A program made the position numbers and the translations under genes. Positions 47,607-58,011 of a stretch of DNA of 64,000 bases are shown here, one piece after another. The notes under the pieces were generated by a model. The model saw only the letters and a program-made list of their open reading frames with translations, did not search any database and was not told the origin of the DNA. Numbering within the stretch: position 1 is the stretch's first letter; each line of letters begins with the position of its first letter. The stretch comes from Alphaproteobacteria bacterium (lineage in GTDB: Bacteria > Pseudomonadota > Alphaproteobacteria > UBA7887), in the NCBI GenBank assembly GCA_965216755.1, contig CBDCGL010000011.1:3424001-3488000 (forward strand). The letters are read 5' to 3'.

Positions 47607-50605
47607 TCGCGTCCGCGCCGGCACCCGCGAACATCTATACAATTCCGCCGGGAATCGGCTTTGTCGACGCGCTCGCTGAGGGGGTCGCGGCCTTGCATGC
47701 GGGCCCCAATCCGCTGACTCTAACGCGGGTCGTCGTCCTGCTGCCAACGCGGCGTGCGGTGCGCGCGCTCACCGATGCCTTCTTGCGCCGGGCCGGCAAC
47801 AAGCCTGTCTTGCTGCCGCAGATGCGGACCATCGGCGATATCGATGACGATGACGTTTTGATGGTCGACCCGGTGCTCGATGGCGAGTCAATGTCCGCGA
47901 GCATGGGTCCATTGCCCGCGGCGGTGGCACCATTGCGCCGGCAAATGCTGTTGGCGCAGCTTATCCACGGCTGGTATGCGGCGCGCGCCGAAAATGCGTT
48001 GGGTCGTCATGCCATTGGCGCCGATCAGGCACTCAAATTGGCGTCGGCACTGGCCGATCTGATCGACCAAGTTCACACGGCGGGCGTGGGTTTCGACCGC
48101 CTGGCCGATTTGGTGCCCGACGAATTGGCCGACCACTGGCAAGAGACGGTGGCTTTCTTGCAGATCGCTGCGACCCACTGGCCGAAAATTCTGGCTGACG
48201 ACGGGACGCTGGATCCGGCGGCGCGGCGCAATCAAGCGCTCCATCGCCTGGCCGAAACATGGCGGCGTGAGCCGCCGGCGCGGCCGGTTATCGCCGCTGG
48301 CTCAACGGGCAGTGTTCCGGCGACGGCCGATTTGCTGGCGGTGGTGGCGCGCAGGCCGGGCGGTTGCGTCGTGTTGCCCGGCTTGGACCAAAGCAGCGAT
48401 GACGATGCGTGGTGCAAGTTCGACGAAAGTCACCCGCAATTCGGATTGCGCCAGGTTCTGGAGCGGTTGGACGTGGCGCGTGCCGCGGTGCCGATCTGGC
48501 CGGGCGTGCCGGCAAGCCCGATCGCGTCCGCGCGCGCGCCCTTGGTGGCTGAAGTGATGCGCCCCGTGGAGACAACGGATGCCTGGCACGCGCTCGCGGG
48601 CCCGACAGCGGCGGCGTTGGATGGTCTGTCGGTGGTGCGCTGCGCCGACAGCCAAACCGAGGCCGGGATCATCGCATTGATGATGCGCGAGGCTTTGGAA
48701 GAATCGGGGCGGACGGCGGCGCTGGTCACGACCGATCGCGGCCTGGCGCGCCGGGTCGCCGGCGAGCTCAAACGGTGGCAGATCACGGTCGACGATTCGG
48801 CGGGCGCGCCGCTGGCCGAATCGGTGCCGGGCGTGTTTCTGCGGCTGTTGGCCGACGTCTGCGCGACCGGCTTGCCACCGGCGCCGCTGTTGGCCCTGCT
48901 CAAGCACCCTTTGTCCGCCTGCGGCACCGGCACCGCGACATGCCGGCGCTGGGCGCGGCGCCTAGAGCGGCGCTGTCTGCGCGGGCCACGCCCGCAATCC
49001 GGTACCGATGGGTTGCGTGCGGCCGCGGCCGCCGCCCAGGATGCCGGGCTGGCGGCCTGGGTCGATGGTCTGGCCGCGGCGATGGCGCCATTGGCCGGCG
49101 CGCTCAACGCGCCCGTGGCGGATCTCGAAACCATCCTGCGCCAACATGTGGTGGTTGGCGAATGGTTCGCGACGGACGACCAAACTCCGGGCACGGCGCG
49201 CTTGTGGCACGGTGACGCCGGCGAGCAGCTGGCGCGGTTTTTCGAGTCGCTCGCCGAAGCGGCCGATGTGATGCCGACCTTTGCCGGCCGAGATTATCCA
49301 GCCTTGCTGGACACATTGTTGGCTGGGCACGTTGTCCGGCCCCGCTATAACACGCATCCACGTCTGCATATTTGGGGTCCCTTGGAGGCACGTCTGCAAA
49401 CCGCCGACCTGGTTATTTTGGGCGGCTTGAACGAAGGCACTTGGCCGCGCGACGCGCAATTGGATCCGTGGCTTAATCGGCCCTTGCGGCGCGCTCTCGG
49501 GCTACCGTCGCCGGAACGAATGATCGGCCTCGCTGCCCATGATTTCACGCAATTGTTTTGCACCCGACAGGTCGCGCTGACCCGCGCCGATAAGCATGAT
49601 GGTGTGCCAACGGTACCGTCGCGCTGGCTGGAGCGGTTGCGCACGGTCATCGGCCAAGACCGCGCCGATGGCCTAGATCAAAGCCCCTTTTGGTCAAAGC
49701 TTTACGCGTCACTTGACGACAGCCACGCGCCGCCTCGGCCGGCCCGGCCGCCGGCACCAAAACCCCCGGTGGTGGCGCGACCCCGGCAATTGTCGGTGAC
49801 CCGGATCGAATATTTGATGCGCGATCCGTATGATGTTTTCGCGCGCGAAATCCTGGGTCTCCGCTCGCTGGACCCGATCGACGCCGATCCCGGCGCCGCC
49901 GACTATGGCAACGCGGTACACGACGCCCTGGGCGTTTTCGTCAATCGCTGGCCGCGGGAGTTGCCCGATGACGCCATCGATCGCCTGCTGACAATCGGGC
50001 GGCAAAGTTTCGCGCCACTGATGTCGCGGCCGGGCGTGTGGGCGTTTTGGTGGCCGCGTTTCGAGCGTATCGCCGCGTGGTTTGTCGCCCACGAGCGCGA
50101 TTACCGGCCTGGTTTGGCCGACTGTGTCGCCGAAATCCGTGGCCAGCTCACCATCGACGCGCCGGCCGGGGATTTCACCATCACGGCCGTCGCCGATCGA
50201 ATTGACCGCCTGCCCGACGACACCCTGGTGGTCACCGACTATAAGACCGGTGCTGTGCCCAGCCTGCGCGAGGTCACGGCTGGCTATGCGCCGCAACTGC
50301 CGCTCGAAGCGGTGATCGCCGAAGGCGGCGGCTTCGCCAACGTTGCCGCGGCACCGGTGGCCGAATTGCGCTATTGGCAGTTGCGTGGCACCGATCCGGT
50401 GGTCAAGGGTGGCGATCCGATCGGCGCTGCCGCCCAATTGGCGGCGGAAGCCCATGCCGGCGTCGCCCGCCTGATCGCCTCGTTCGATGATCCGGATCGG
50501 GCGTATCACGCCCGCCCCGCGCCCCGGCACGCACCCCGTTTCAGCGACTACGAACACTTGGCCCGCGTGCGCGAATGGGCCAGCGGCCCGGACGAGGTCT
50601 TGTGA
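47603..50605 (+). CDS. addB: Double-strand break repair protein AddB
   Basis: LPTRRA, AAGSTGS, WGPLEAR, GGLNEG.WP, LSVT.IE..RDPY, DRID..DYKTG. Confidence 0.95.
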   Translation: MIASAPAPANIYTIPPGIGFVDALAEGVAALHAGPNPLTLTRVVVLLPTRRAVRALTDAFLRRAGNKPVLLPQMRTIGDIDDDDVLMVDPVLDGESMSASMGPLPAAVAPLRRQMLLAQLIHGWYAARAENALGRHAIGADQALKLASALADLIDQVHTAGVGFDRLADLVPDELADHWQETVAFLQIAATHWPKILADDGTLDPAARRNQALHRLAETWRREPPARPVIAAGSTGSVPATADLLAVVARRPGGCVVLPGLDQSSDDDAWCKFDESHPQFGLRQVLERLDVARAAVPIWPGVPASPIASARAPLVAEVMRPVETTDAWHALAGPTAAALDGLSVVRCADSQTEAGIIALMMREALEESGRTAALVTTDRGLARRVAGELKRWQITVDDSAGAPLAESVPGVFLRLLADVCATGLPPAPLLALLKHPLSACGTGTATCRRWARRLERRCLRGPRPQSGTDGLRAAAAAAQDAGLAAWVDGLAAAMAPLAGALNAPVADLETILRQHVVVGEWFATDDQTPGTARLWHGDAGEQLARFFESLAEAADVMPTFAGRDYPALLDTLLAGHVVRPRYNTHPRLHIWGPLEARLQTADLVILGGLNEGTWPRDAQLDPWLNRPLRRALGLPSPERMIGLAAHDFTQLFCTRQVALTRADKHDGVPTVPSRWLERLRTVIGQDRADGLDQSPFWSKLYASLDDSHAPPRPARPPAPKPPVVARPRQLSVTRIEYLMRDPYDVFAREILGLRSLDPIDADPGAADYGNAVHDALGVFVNRWPRELPDDAIDRLLTIGRQSFAPLMSRPGVWAFWWPRFERIAAWFVAHERDYRPGLADCVAEIRGQLTIDAPAGDFTITAVADRIDRLPDDTLVVTDYKTGAVPSLREVTAGYAPQLPLEAVIAEGGGFANVAAAPVAELRYWQLRGTDPVVKGGDPIGAAAQLAAEAHAGVARLIASFDDPDRAYHARPAPRHAPRFSDYEHLARVREWASGPDEVL

Positions 50606-53600
50606 ACGACGCCGTTGTCCCACGTCCGAATCCCGATGCGCTGCAACGCAGGGCCTCGCAGCCGGCGGCGTCGATTTGGGTGGCGGCATCGGCGGGTACG
50701 GGCAAGACCAAAGTGTTGGCCGATCGCATGTTGCGGCTGTTGTTGGCCGGCACGTCGCCGCAACGGCTGTTGTGTCTGACGTTTACCCGTGCCGCGGCCG
50801 CGGAAATGGCCAATCGCTTGAACCGTCAACTGGGCGAATGGGTCAAGGCGTCGGACGACAAGCTGCGCGCGGAACTGGAGAAATTGACGGGGACACCACC
50901 CGAACCACAGACTTTGCCGTTAGCCCGGCGGCTGTTCGCCCGGGTGTTGGACACGCCCGGTGGCATGCGCATCCAAACCATCCATGCGTTTTGCGAATCA
51001 CTTCTGGCCCGCTTTCCTCTGGAAGCCGAAGTCGCACCCCATTTTCAGGTGCTTGACGAACGTTCGGCACGCGAATTGATCGCCAGCGCGCGCGACAATG
51101 TCCTGGAACGAATTCGCGCCGGCGCAGAATCACCACTTGCCGGCGCACTCAACGCACTCACGCGTCGGCTTCCCCACGATCGTTTCTTGCAGCTTTTCGA
51201 CGCGGTGATCGCCGAACGGGGCCCGCTTGCCGATATGATTGCCGGCGCTGGCGGGATCGATGCCTTGGTTGGGCGGCTCGCCGATATTTTGGGCATTCGG
51301 GGCGACGAGACGCCAGAGTCCGTTATCGCCATGGCTGCCGCTGAGCAGGTGTTTGATCGTGCCGCCCTCGAACGGGCCACGGCGGCCTTGCGCCATGGCG
51401 CCAAAGGCGATCAAGCCCGCGCCACGGCCATGCACCGTTGGCTCAGCAGCGACCACACCGGCCGCATCGAAGGTATCGACGCTTATGTCGAGGTCTTCCT
51501 GACCAAGTCTCACGCGCCGCGCCGTCGCCTGGCGACCAAGGGGGCGCTGGCGCACGATCCGGGCGTCGGCGACATATTGAGTAGCGAGTGCGCGCGGTTG
51601 CTGACAATGGTCGATCGGCAGCGCAAGGTGGAAGTGGCAAAGGCAACCGGCGCTTTGCTGCGTTTGGCTGATGGATTGTTGGTCGCTTACGAACAGCAAA
51701 AGCGAATCCACGCACGGCTCGACTATGACGACCTGATTTTGCGCAGCCGTGATTTGTTGATTCGACCCGGCGTTGCGCCTTGGGTGCTGTTCAAGCTCGA
51801 CGGTGGTATCGACCATATTTTGATCGACGAAGCTCAGGATACCAATCCGGAGCAATGGCAGGTGATCGGCGCCTTGGCCGAGGAATTTTTCGCTGGCCTT
51901 GGTGCGCGCGCCGTCGACCGGACCGTGTTTGCGGTCGGTGACAGCAAACAATCGATCTACAGTTTTCAACGCGCCGATCCCGACGCCTTCGCCCGAATGC
52001 GCGCCCATTTCGAATCCAAGGCCCTGGCCGCGGCAAAAGGTTGGGGCGAGGTTGTGCTTAACATCTCTTTCCGCTCCAGTGCCGCCGTCCTCCAAGCCGT
52101 CGATGCCGTATTCGCGCATGCGCCGGCCAATGATGGGGTGATCTTCGACGGCGTGCCGATGCGTCACGAACCATTCCGCCAGGGCGCGGCGGGCTTGGTC
52201 GAGCTGTGGCCGCCGGTGGTCGACCAGCCGACCGACACACCGCAGCCATGGAAGCCATCGGTGGAGCGTGTCTCGGGCGATACCGCACGGGCGCGCCTGG
52301 CCCGCCTGTTGGCCGCCAAGATCAGCAGCTTGTGCGATGGCCGCACCTTGCTTGAGTCACGCGGCCGGCCGATCGAGGCCGGCGACATCATGGTGTTGGT
52401 GCGCCGACGCAGCGCATTTGTCGACGATTTGGTGCGGGCGCTCAAAGGCCTCGACGTTGGCGTCGCCGGTTCCGACCGCTTGGTGTTGACCGACCATATC
52501 GCGGTCATGGACTTGATTTCGCTGGGCCGGTTTTTGCTGCTGCCGGAGGACGACTTGAGCCTGGCCGAGGTCCTCAAGTCGCCCTTGTGCGGTCTCGATG
52601 ACGACGATCTGTTCGCCCTGGCCCACGATCGCCCGGCGACTTTGTGGCAAGCGCTGCGCGCGCGTGGTGCCGAGCGGCCGAAATGGCGCGAAGCCCATGA
52701 CCTGCTGCGTGACCTATTGGGACGTGTCGACATGAGCGGTGTCTATGATCTTTATGCTGAGATCTTAGGCCCGCGTGGCGGCCGGCGGGCGTTGCTGGCC
52801 CGAATCGGACCCGAAGCGGCCGATCCACTCAGCGAATTCCTGACCCAGGCTTTGCGTTACGAGCGCGAGCATGTGCCGTCTCTGCAAGGATTTCTGCATT
52901 GGCTCGATGCCAGCGCGGTCGAGATCAAGCGCGATTTGGAACACGGTGGGGGCAATGCGGTAAGGATCATGACCGTGCATGGCGCCAAGGGCTTGGAGGC
53001 GCCGATCGTATTTCTGCCCGATACGCTACAAACGCCGCCGCCGGTGCCGGCGCTGTTATGGGCGCACGATGGTCAAGCCGTGTTTTGGGCGCCCGCCCGC
53101 TGGCGCGATCGCCATTGTGATGCATTGCACGATCGTGCTGAGGCCCGCCGCGACCGCGAATATCGGCGTCTGCTCTATGTCGCCATGACTCGGGCACAGG
53201 ATCGCCTCTATGTGTGCGGCTGGCACGGCGTGCAGGCGCCGAGCAAAGAGTGTTGGTATCATTTGATCAAATCAGGTCTGGCAGCGGTCGCGACCGAGGT
53301 CGTAGATCAATTTCTTGCCGGCGACGTCGATGCTCCGCGCGGCACCGTTTACCGCCTTAGCTGCGCCCAAACGGCGCCGCCGGACATCAAGAAATCCGCC
53401 CCGCCCACACCGCGTGTGCGCGACACCGCTTGGGCAAGGCGGCCGCCGCCACCTGAGTCCGAAACCGCTGAACGCCTAATCGCCAGTCAGCCGACAACGC
53501 CCGATCCGGCGCCGCGATCGCCGATGACCGGGCCCGGACAGGATGCCGCGCGGCGCGGCCGCATCGTTCATAACCTCTTGTATTTGCTGCCCAATGTGCC

Positions 53601-54054
53601 GCCCGCGCAACGACTGGCGCGGTGTCGGGAAATCGTGGCGGCGCCCCGCCATGGCGTCGACGCGGCGTCTCAAAAGGCGTTGGTCGGGGCGGTTATGGCG
53701 GTCTTGCAAGATCCTCAATTCGCGCCGGTTTTTGGCCCCGGAAGTCAGGGCGAAGTGGCCGTCGCGGGCACGCTCCAAAGCGCCGTTTCGGGCCGTCCGC
53801 GCAGCGTATCGGCGCGCATCGATCGGTTGGCGGTAACCGATGATGAAGTCTTGATTGTCGATTACAAGACCGGCCGCAACCCGCCGCAGGAGGTGAGCGA
53901 AACCCCGCCCGCCTATATCCGACAAATGGCTATTTACCGTGCCGCATTGCGGCAAATTTATCCAGACCGGCCCGTGACTTGCGCTTTGTTATGGGTGGAT
54001 TCGCCCGGTCTGATGGCGCTGCCGCGCGCGCTTTTGGATGCCCATATGCCGTGA
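50602..54054 (+). CDS. addA: Double-strand break repair helicase/nuclease AddA
   Basis: ASAGTGKT, DEAQDT, TVHGAKGLE, YVAMTRA, IDRL..DYKT. Confidence 0.96.
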   Translation: MNDAVVPRPNPDALQRRASQPAASIWVAASAGTGKTKVLADRMLRLLLAGTSPQRLLCLTFTRAAAAEMANRLNRQLGEWVKASDDKLRAELEKLTGTPPEPQTLPLARRLFARVLDTPGGMRIQTIHAFCESLLARFPLEAEVAPHFQVLDERSARELIASARDNVLERIRAGAESPLAGALNALTRRLPHDRFLQLFDAVIAERGPLADMIAGAGGIDALVGRLADILGIRGDETPESVIAMAAAEQVFDRAALERATAALRHGAKGDQARATAMHRWLSSDHTGRIEGIDAYVEVFLTKSHAPRRRLATKGALAHDPGVGDILSSECARLLTMVDRQRKVEVAKATGALLRLADGLLVAYEQQKRIHARLDYDDLILRSRDLLIRPGVAPWVLFKLDGGIDHILIDEAQDTNPEQWQVIGALAEEFFAGLGARAVDRTVFAVGDSKQSIYSFQRADPDAFARMRAHFESKALAAAKGWGEVVLNISFRSSAAVLQAVDAVFAHAPANDGVIFDGVPMRHEPFRQGAAGLVELWPPVVDQPTDTPQPWKPSVERVSGDTARARLARLLAAKISSLCDGRTLLESRGRPIEAGDIMVLVRRRSAFVDDLVRALKGLDVGVAGSDRLVLTDHIAVMDLISLGRFLLLPEDDLSLAEVLKSPLCGLDDDDLFALAHDRPATLWQALRARGAERPKWREAHDLLRDLLGRVDMSGVYDLYAEILGPRGGRRALLARIGPEAADPLSEFLTQALRYEREHVPSLQGFLHWLDASAVEIKRDLEHGGGNAVRIMTVHGAKGLEAPIVFLPDTLQTPPPVPALLWAHDGQAVFWAPARWRDRHCDALHDRAEARRDREYRRLLYVAMTRAQDRLYVCGWHGVQAPSKECWYHLIKSGLAAVATEVVDQFLAGDVDAPRGTVYRLSCAQTAPPDIKKSAPPTPRVRDTAWARRPPPPESETAERLIASQPTTPDPAPRSPMTGPGQDAARRGRIVHNLLYLLPNVPPAQRLARCREIVAAPRHGVDAASQKALVGAVMAVLQDPQFAPVFGPGSQGEVAVAGTLQSAVSGRPRSVSARIDRLAVTDDEVLIVDYKTGRNPPQEVSETPPAYIRQMAIYRAALRQIYPDRPVTCALLWVDSPGLMALPRALLDAHMP

Positions 54055-54062
54055 TTGGAGCC

Positions 54063-54091
54063 CTTGACCGGCCGCTATCCCACACCTACAT
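54063..54091 (+). promoter_or_regulatory. Putative RpoH (sigma32) promoter of trxA
   Basis: CTTG-N18-CCTACAT resembles the alphaproteobacterial CTTG-N17/18-CYTATNT consensus. Confidence 0.45.
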
Positions 54092-54136
54092 TCGTCGGCC
54101 AGCGCACCCAGCGTCACCTGCGGAAGGCCAGACCTG

Positions 54137-54457
54137 ATGTCCACCAAGCACGTATCCGATTCGTCGTTCGAGCAAGACGTGATCAATGCCGCGGAGCCGG
54201 TTTTGGTCGACTTCTGGGCGGAATGGTGCGGCCCCTGTAAACAGATTGCGCCGGCATTGGAAGAAATCGCCAGTGAATATGGCGACAAGATCACGGTGGC
54301 GAAGGTCAATATCGATGAGAATCCGCAAGCGCCGACGCGCTATGGCGTGCGCGGCATTCCCACCCTGATGCTGTTCAAGAACGGTCAGGTGGCGGCGACC
54401 AAAGTGGGCGCGGCGCCGAAAGGCAAATTGGTCGAGTGGATCGATTCGTCGCTGTAA
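54137..54457 (+). CDS. trxA: Thioredoxin
   Basis: [17 protein letters not shown]. Confidence 0.97.
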   Translation: MSTKHVSDSSFEQDVINAAEPVLVDFWAEWCGPCKQIAPALEEIASEYGDKITVAKVNIDENPQAPTRYGVRGIPTLMLFKNGQVAATKVGAAPKGKLVEWIDSSL

Positions 54458-54591
54458 GTCCGGGCTTCGTCGCAGCCATTTTCGTCACTTCAAATCACCG
54501 CGATCTTACGCTTTGACCACTCGTTTTCGCGCGACCGTTTGATATTATCTATGGTTGCGCGCTTGGCGCCGGGTGTTTTCAGGAATCGGGA

Positions 54592-55260
54592 TTGTCGACG
54601 ATGTTTGCGAATGTTCGCCGTATAGGCTTTACCGTTGGTGTCTTGTTGTTGGTCAACGGCGTGGCGCAGGCCGCCGAACGTTTGGCGTGGGAAGATCTGG
54701 CGCCGGCACTGGATCCCGTCGACGATCCGTATGTGACGCTGACCTATGAGCAACAAAACAACCTGTCGGATGTGTTTTGGGTGCTCAATTTGCGCAAGCA
54801 GGGCACGAGCGGGCCGGAATTCGACATGACCGAGGCCCAGGCACGCAAGAACCTGGAGGCCGCCGGTTTGGACGCCGACGAGCTGATCGCCAAAATCCTC
54901 GCCTTTCAGGAAAAGATGGAAGCGCATGATTCGACGCTGATCGAAGCCTTGGATGGTCAAGAGGTTCAATTGCCCGGCTATGCCTTGCCACTTGAATACG
55001 CCGGTACGACCATTACGGAATTCCTGTTGGTGCCGTATGTGGGCGCGTGCATTCACACGCCGCCGCCGCCGCCCAACCAAATTGTCCACGTCCACAGCAC
55101 CGACGGTTTCGAGGATCTGGGGCTGTTTACGCCCATTTGGGTGACCGGCAAAATGTCGGCGACGCCGAGCTCGCAGTCCTTAAGCTTTGTCGATGGTTCG
55201 TCGGATATCGAAGTTGGTTATGGTCTGCAGGCGACCGAGATTGAACCGTATGAAGAGTGA
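54592..55260 (+). CDS. DUF3299 periplasmic protein
   Basis: Signal peptide, LPGY.LPL, EFLLVPYVGACIH.PPPPPNQIVHV. Confidence 0.85.
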   Translation: MSTMFANVRRIGFTVGVLLLVNGVAQAAERLAWEDLAPALDPVDDPYVTLTYEQQNNLSDVFWVLNLRKQGTSGPEFDMTEAQARKNLEAAGLDADELIAKILAFQEKMEAHDSTLIEALDGQEVQLPGYALPLEYAGTTITEFLLVPYVGACIHTPPPPPNQIVHVHSTDGFEDLGLFTPIWVTGKMSATPSSQSLSFVDGSSDIEVGYGLQATEIEPYEE

Positions 55261-55268
55261 ACGGGTGT

Positions 55269-56528
55269 TCAGGTCTTGACGGTCATGCCATCGGCCAGCG
55301 ATAGCCGATAGGCGCGGGCCGCCGGCAGAACGCCCGCCAAACAACCGGCTACAACGATCCCCGCCAGGGTCAGCAGCTCCGCGCGGCTCAGTGGATCGAG
55401 CGCCAGATAAAGTCCGAACTGCGCGTCGACGATGGGACGTACGGCCGCCAACACCCCGTAAAGCACGATACACCCGAGGACCGTGCCGGCCAGGGTCAAC
55501 AAACCGGCTTCGGACATGAGCAAAGCAAATGTCGTACGCGGTGGCGCACCGACAGCCCGCAAGATCGCCATTTCGCGGCGTCGCTCGTTGAGCGTGGTCA
55601 GGATCATGGTGACCATGCCCAATAGCGCCGTCAGCACGACCATCGCCGATACCAGCGTCAGCGCGGTTTCGGCCACGTCGACCAGCGACCACAATTCCTG
55701 AAGCGCCACGCCGGGCAAAATGGCGGTCAGCGGCTCGGCGCGATACTCGTTGATGAACCGCTGCAGTTTGAAGGTTGCGACCCGTGGCGTGACACCGATC
55801 ATGGCCGCCGTGACCGCGGTCGGCGTCAATGGCAGGCGCCGGACTTGATCGGGCGTCATGCGGCGGCCCTGCGGCGCGCTGCCGCTCTGCCAATCGATGT
55901 GAATGGCTTCGATTGCTTCCAGGCTGACATGCACGGTGCGGTCGACCGGCGTGCCCGTCTTGCCAAGCACGCCCGCGATGCGAAACGGCTTGTCGGCATG
56001 GTCTTGGGGCGCCAGTGAACCGATACCATGTTCGACCACCAGCGGGTCGCCGACGCGATAGCCAAGCCGCGCCGCGACATCGGCGCCGACAACCGTGTCG
56101 AACAGATCGTCAAACGGACCGCCGGCCGCGAACGTCAAGCCTTGCTGTTTGCGGTATTGATAATGAACAAAATAATCACGGCTGGTGCCGAGGACCCGAA
56201 AGCCGCGATGACTGTCGCCCAGCGACAGCGGCACGATCCATTTGACTTCAGGCCGCGCGGCGATCTCGTCCAGGCTTTCCATGGTGATGTTGGCCGTGGC
56301 GTTGCCGATGCGAAACACCGCATAGAGCAGCAGTTGCACCGCGCCGGCACGGGCGCCGACGATCAAATCGGTGCCCGATATGGTATCGGCGAAGCTGGCC
56401 TTGGCGCCGACCCGGACCTTTTCGACGCCCAAAAACAAGGTCACGCTCAGCGCGATCGCCAGCACGGTCAGCATGGCGGTCAGCCAGCGATTGCGCAGCG
56501 ATTGCAGAGCCAGGCGCAAGATGACCAT
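55269..56528 (-). CDS. MacB/FtsX-type ABC permease
   Basis: SGTDLIVGAR, FRIGNAT.NI, SLGDSHRG, ERRREMAILRAVGA. Confidence 0.9.
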   Translation of the reverse strand: MVILRLALQSLRNRWLTAMLTVLAIALSVTLFLGVEKVRVGAKASFADTISGTDLIVGARAGAVQLLLYAVFRIGNATANITMESLDEIAARPEVKWIVPLSLGDSHRGFRVLGTSRDYFVHYQYRKQQGLTFAAGGPFDDLFDTVVGADVAARLGYRVGDPLVVEHGIGSLAPQDHADKPFRIAGVLGKTGTPVDRTVHVSLEAIEAIHIDWQSGSAPQGRRMTPDQVRRLPLTPTAVTAAMIGVTPRVATFKLQRFINEYRAEPLTAILPGVALQELWSLVDVAETALTLVSAMVVLTALLGMVTMILTTLNERRREMAILRAVGAPPRTTFALLMSEAGLLTLAGTVLGCIVLYGVLAAVRPIVDAQFGLYLALDPLSRAELLTLAGIVVAGCLAGVLPAARAYRLSLADGMTVKT

Positions 56529-56536
56529 GGCGTTCC

Positions 56537-57262
56537 TCAGCTGGTACGGGCGACGTGGTCAAGACGCAGGGTGCGATCGAACATGGGCGCCAGGGTCTCA
56601 TCGTGGCTGACCATGATCAAGGTCGCGCCGGCGCGCGCCACTTCTTCGAACAACAATGTCAGAAACGCGTGCTGGCGATCGCGATCCAAGGCCGAGGTCG
56701 GCTCATCCGCGACCACAAGATCCGGTTGGCCGATCAGGGCACGGGCGACCGCGACCCGCTGTTGCTGGCCGACACTGAGCTGCGCCGTCGCGCGCCGCGA
56801 CAGTGCATCGCCCAAGCCGAGCCGGGTCAGGAGCCGCCGCGCTTCTTGGTCAACCGGGCCTTGGGCCAACGTGCGACGCCGTCGCGCCGGTGAAAAGCTG
56901 AGCGGCAAAATCACATTGTCGAGCAATGATGCGTAGGGCAAAAGGTTAAACATTTGGAAGATGATGCCAAAATGGTCGGCCCGGAATCGGTCGCAAGCCG
57001 CGCCCCGAAGGCGCGCGATGTCGGTGTCGACCACCCGGATGGCACCGGTGTCGGGACGGGCGATGCCGCAAATCAAACTGAGCAGAGTGGATTTGCCGCT
57101 GCCCGACGGCCCCATCAACAACAGCGTCTCCCCTTTCGTGACCGCGAAGTCGTCGATCGCGATCGTAAAACCGTCGCCGTCGCGCGCCGCATGGCGCCAG
57201 GCGAAGCGCACGCCGGACAGGGCTAAGATCGTATCCGTGTCAGGAGCCGCGCCGGTATTCAC
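56537..57262 (-). CDS. ABC ATPase
   Basis: [36 protein letters not shown]. Confidence 0.92.
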   Translation of the reverse strand: MNTGAAPDTDTILALSGVRFAWRHAARDGDGFTIAIDDFAVTKGETLLLMGPSGSGKSTLLSLICGIARPDTGAIRVVDTDIARLRGAACDRFRADHFGIIFQMFNLLPYASLLDNVILPLSFSPARRRRTLAQGPVDQEARRLLTRLGLGDALSRRATAQLSVGQQQRVAVARALIGQPDLVVADEPTSALDRDRQHAFLTLLFEEVARAGATLIMVSHDETLAPMFDRTLRLDHVARTS

Positions 57263-57302
57263 GGGGCAAAGCCTGGATAGCGTGGCATGGCGTCAGAAAA
57301 AC

Positions 57303-57320
57303 AACGATATATCATCACAT
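57303..57320 (-). promoter_or_regulatory. Putative Zur box
   Basis: Minus strand ATGTGATGATATATCGTT matches 14/18 of ATGTTATAATATAACATT, ~40 bp upstream of the ATPase start. Confidence 0.45.
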
Positions 57321-57360
57321 AAAAGACGTGGTCTTGTCGCGGTGGCCATGGTCGCGCCGC

Positions 57361-57963
57361 TTATTGGGTCAGCGGGCTTTGCGGCAGGTCGCCGGTCCAG
57401 CGAATGTCGTCAAATCGTTCAACCAACGCGGCGTCTTGCATACGGTAAAACATGCCGAACGGGTCGTCGTGGAGCACCTCGAACGTGCCCGCCATCATAA
57501 TTGCGCCGTCGCCGAACTCGACCGGCTCCTCGCAGAAGATTTCGACCATTTGCGATGGCCCAGCCGGTAGGCAAAAGGGGCATCCCGGCGGCCAAGCGGA
57601 GAGCAGAAAGTGATCGTGGCTCTCGCCGCCTTCCAACGGAAAAATAAAGCCCATGATCTTGACCTGTTGCTGGTCAAGCGCTTCGATTTCGTCGGAATAG
57701 GCGACGTGAAACACGGTGCGCAGGGGGGCCAGAACCTCGGCCTCGATATCCATGTTGCCCAGCACGTCCCAACTGACGGCGCCTTCGGGTACTTGATAGA
57801 ACGTGTTGTGGACAGACGGAATGTCCTCAGGTTCGATCAATTCCGGTGTGGCCGGCTCTTCGACCACGTCCTCAGCCGGCGCAGCGCTGGCGAGCAACAT
57901 CACTGCCATGCAGGCAACGACGCTACGGTTGGTCACCGATTTGATCACGTTCACAAGCGCCAT
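57361..57963 (-). CDS. Second DUF3299-like periplasmic protein with CxxC
   Basis: Signal peptide, VKIMGFIFPL, HFLLS..PPGCPFC.PAGP, FYRM.DA. Confidence 0.8.
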   Translation of the reverse strand: MALVNVIKSVTNRSVVACMAVMLLASAAPAEDVVEEPATPELIEPEDIPSVHNTFYQVPEGAVSWDVLGNMDIEAEVLAPLRTVFHVAYSDEIEALDQQQVKIMGFIFPLEGGESHDHFLLSAWPPGCPFCLPAGPSQMVEIFCEEPVEFGDGAIMMAGTFEVLHDDPFGMFYRMQDAALVERFDDIRWTGDLPQSPLTQ

Positions 57964-58011
57964 GTTTGAATCCTCAAATCCTAGCTGTTCTTTGTTCATA
58001 AGTGTAAGAAC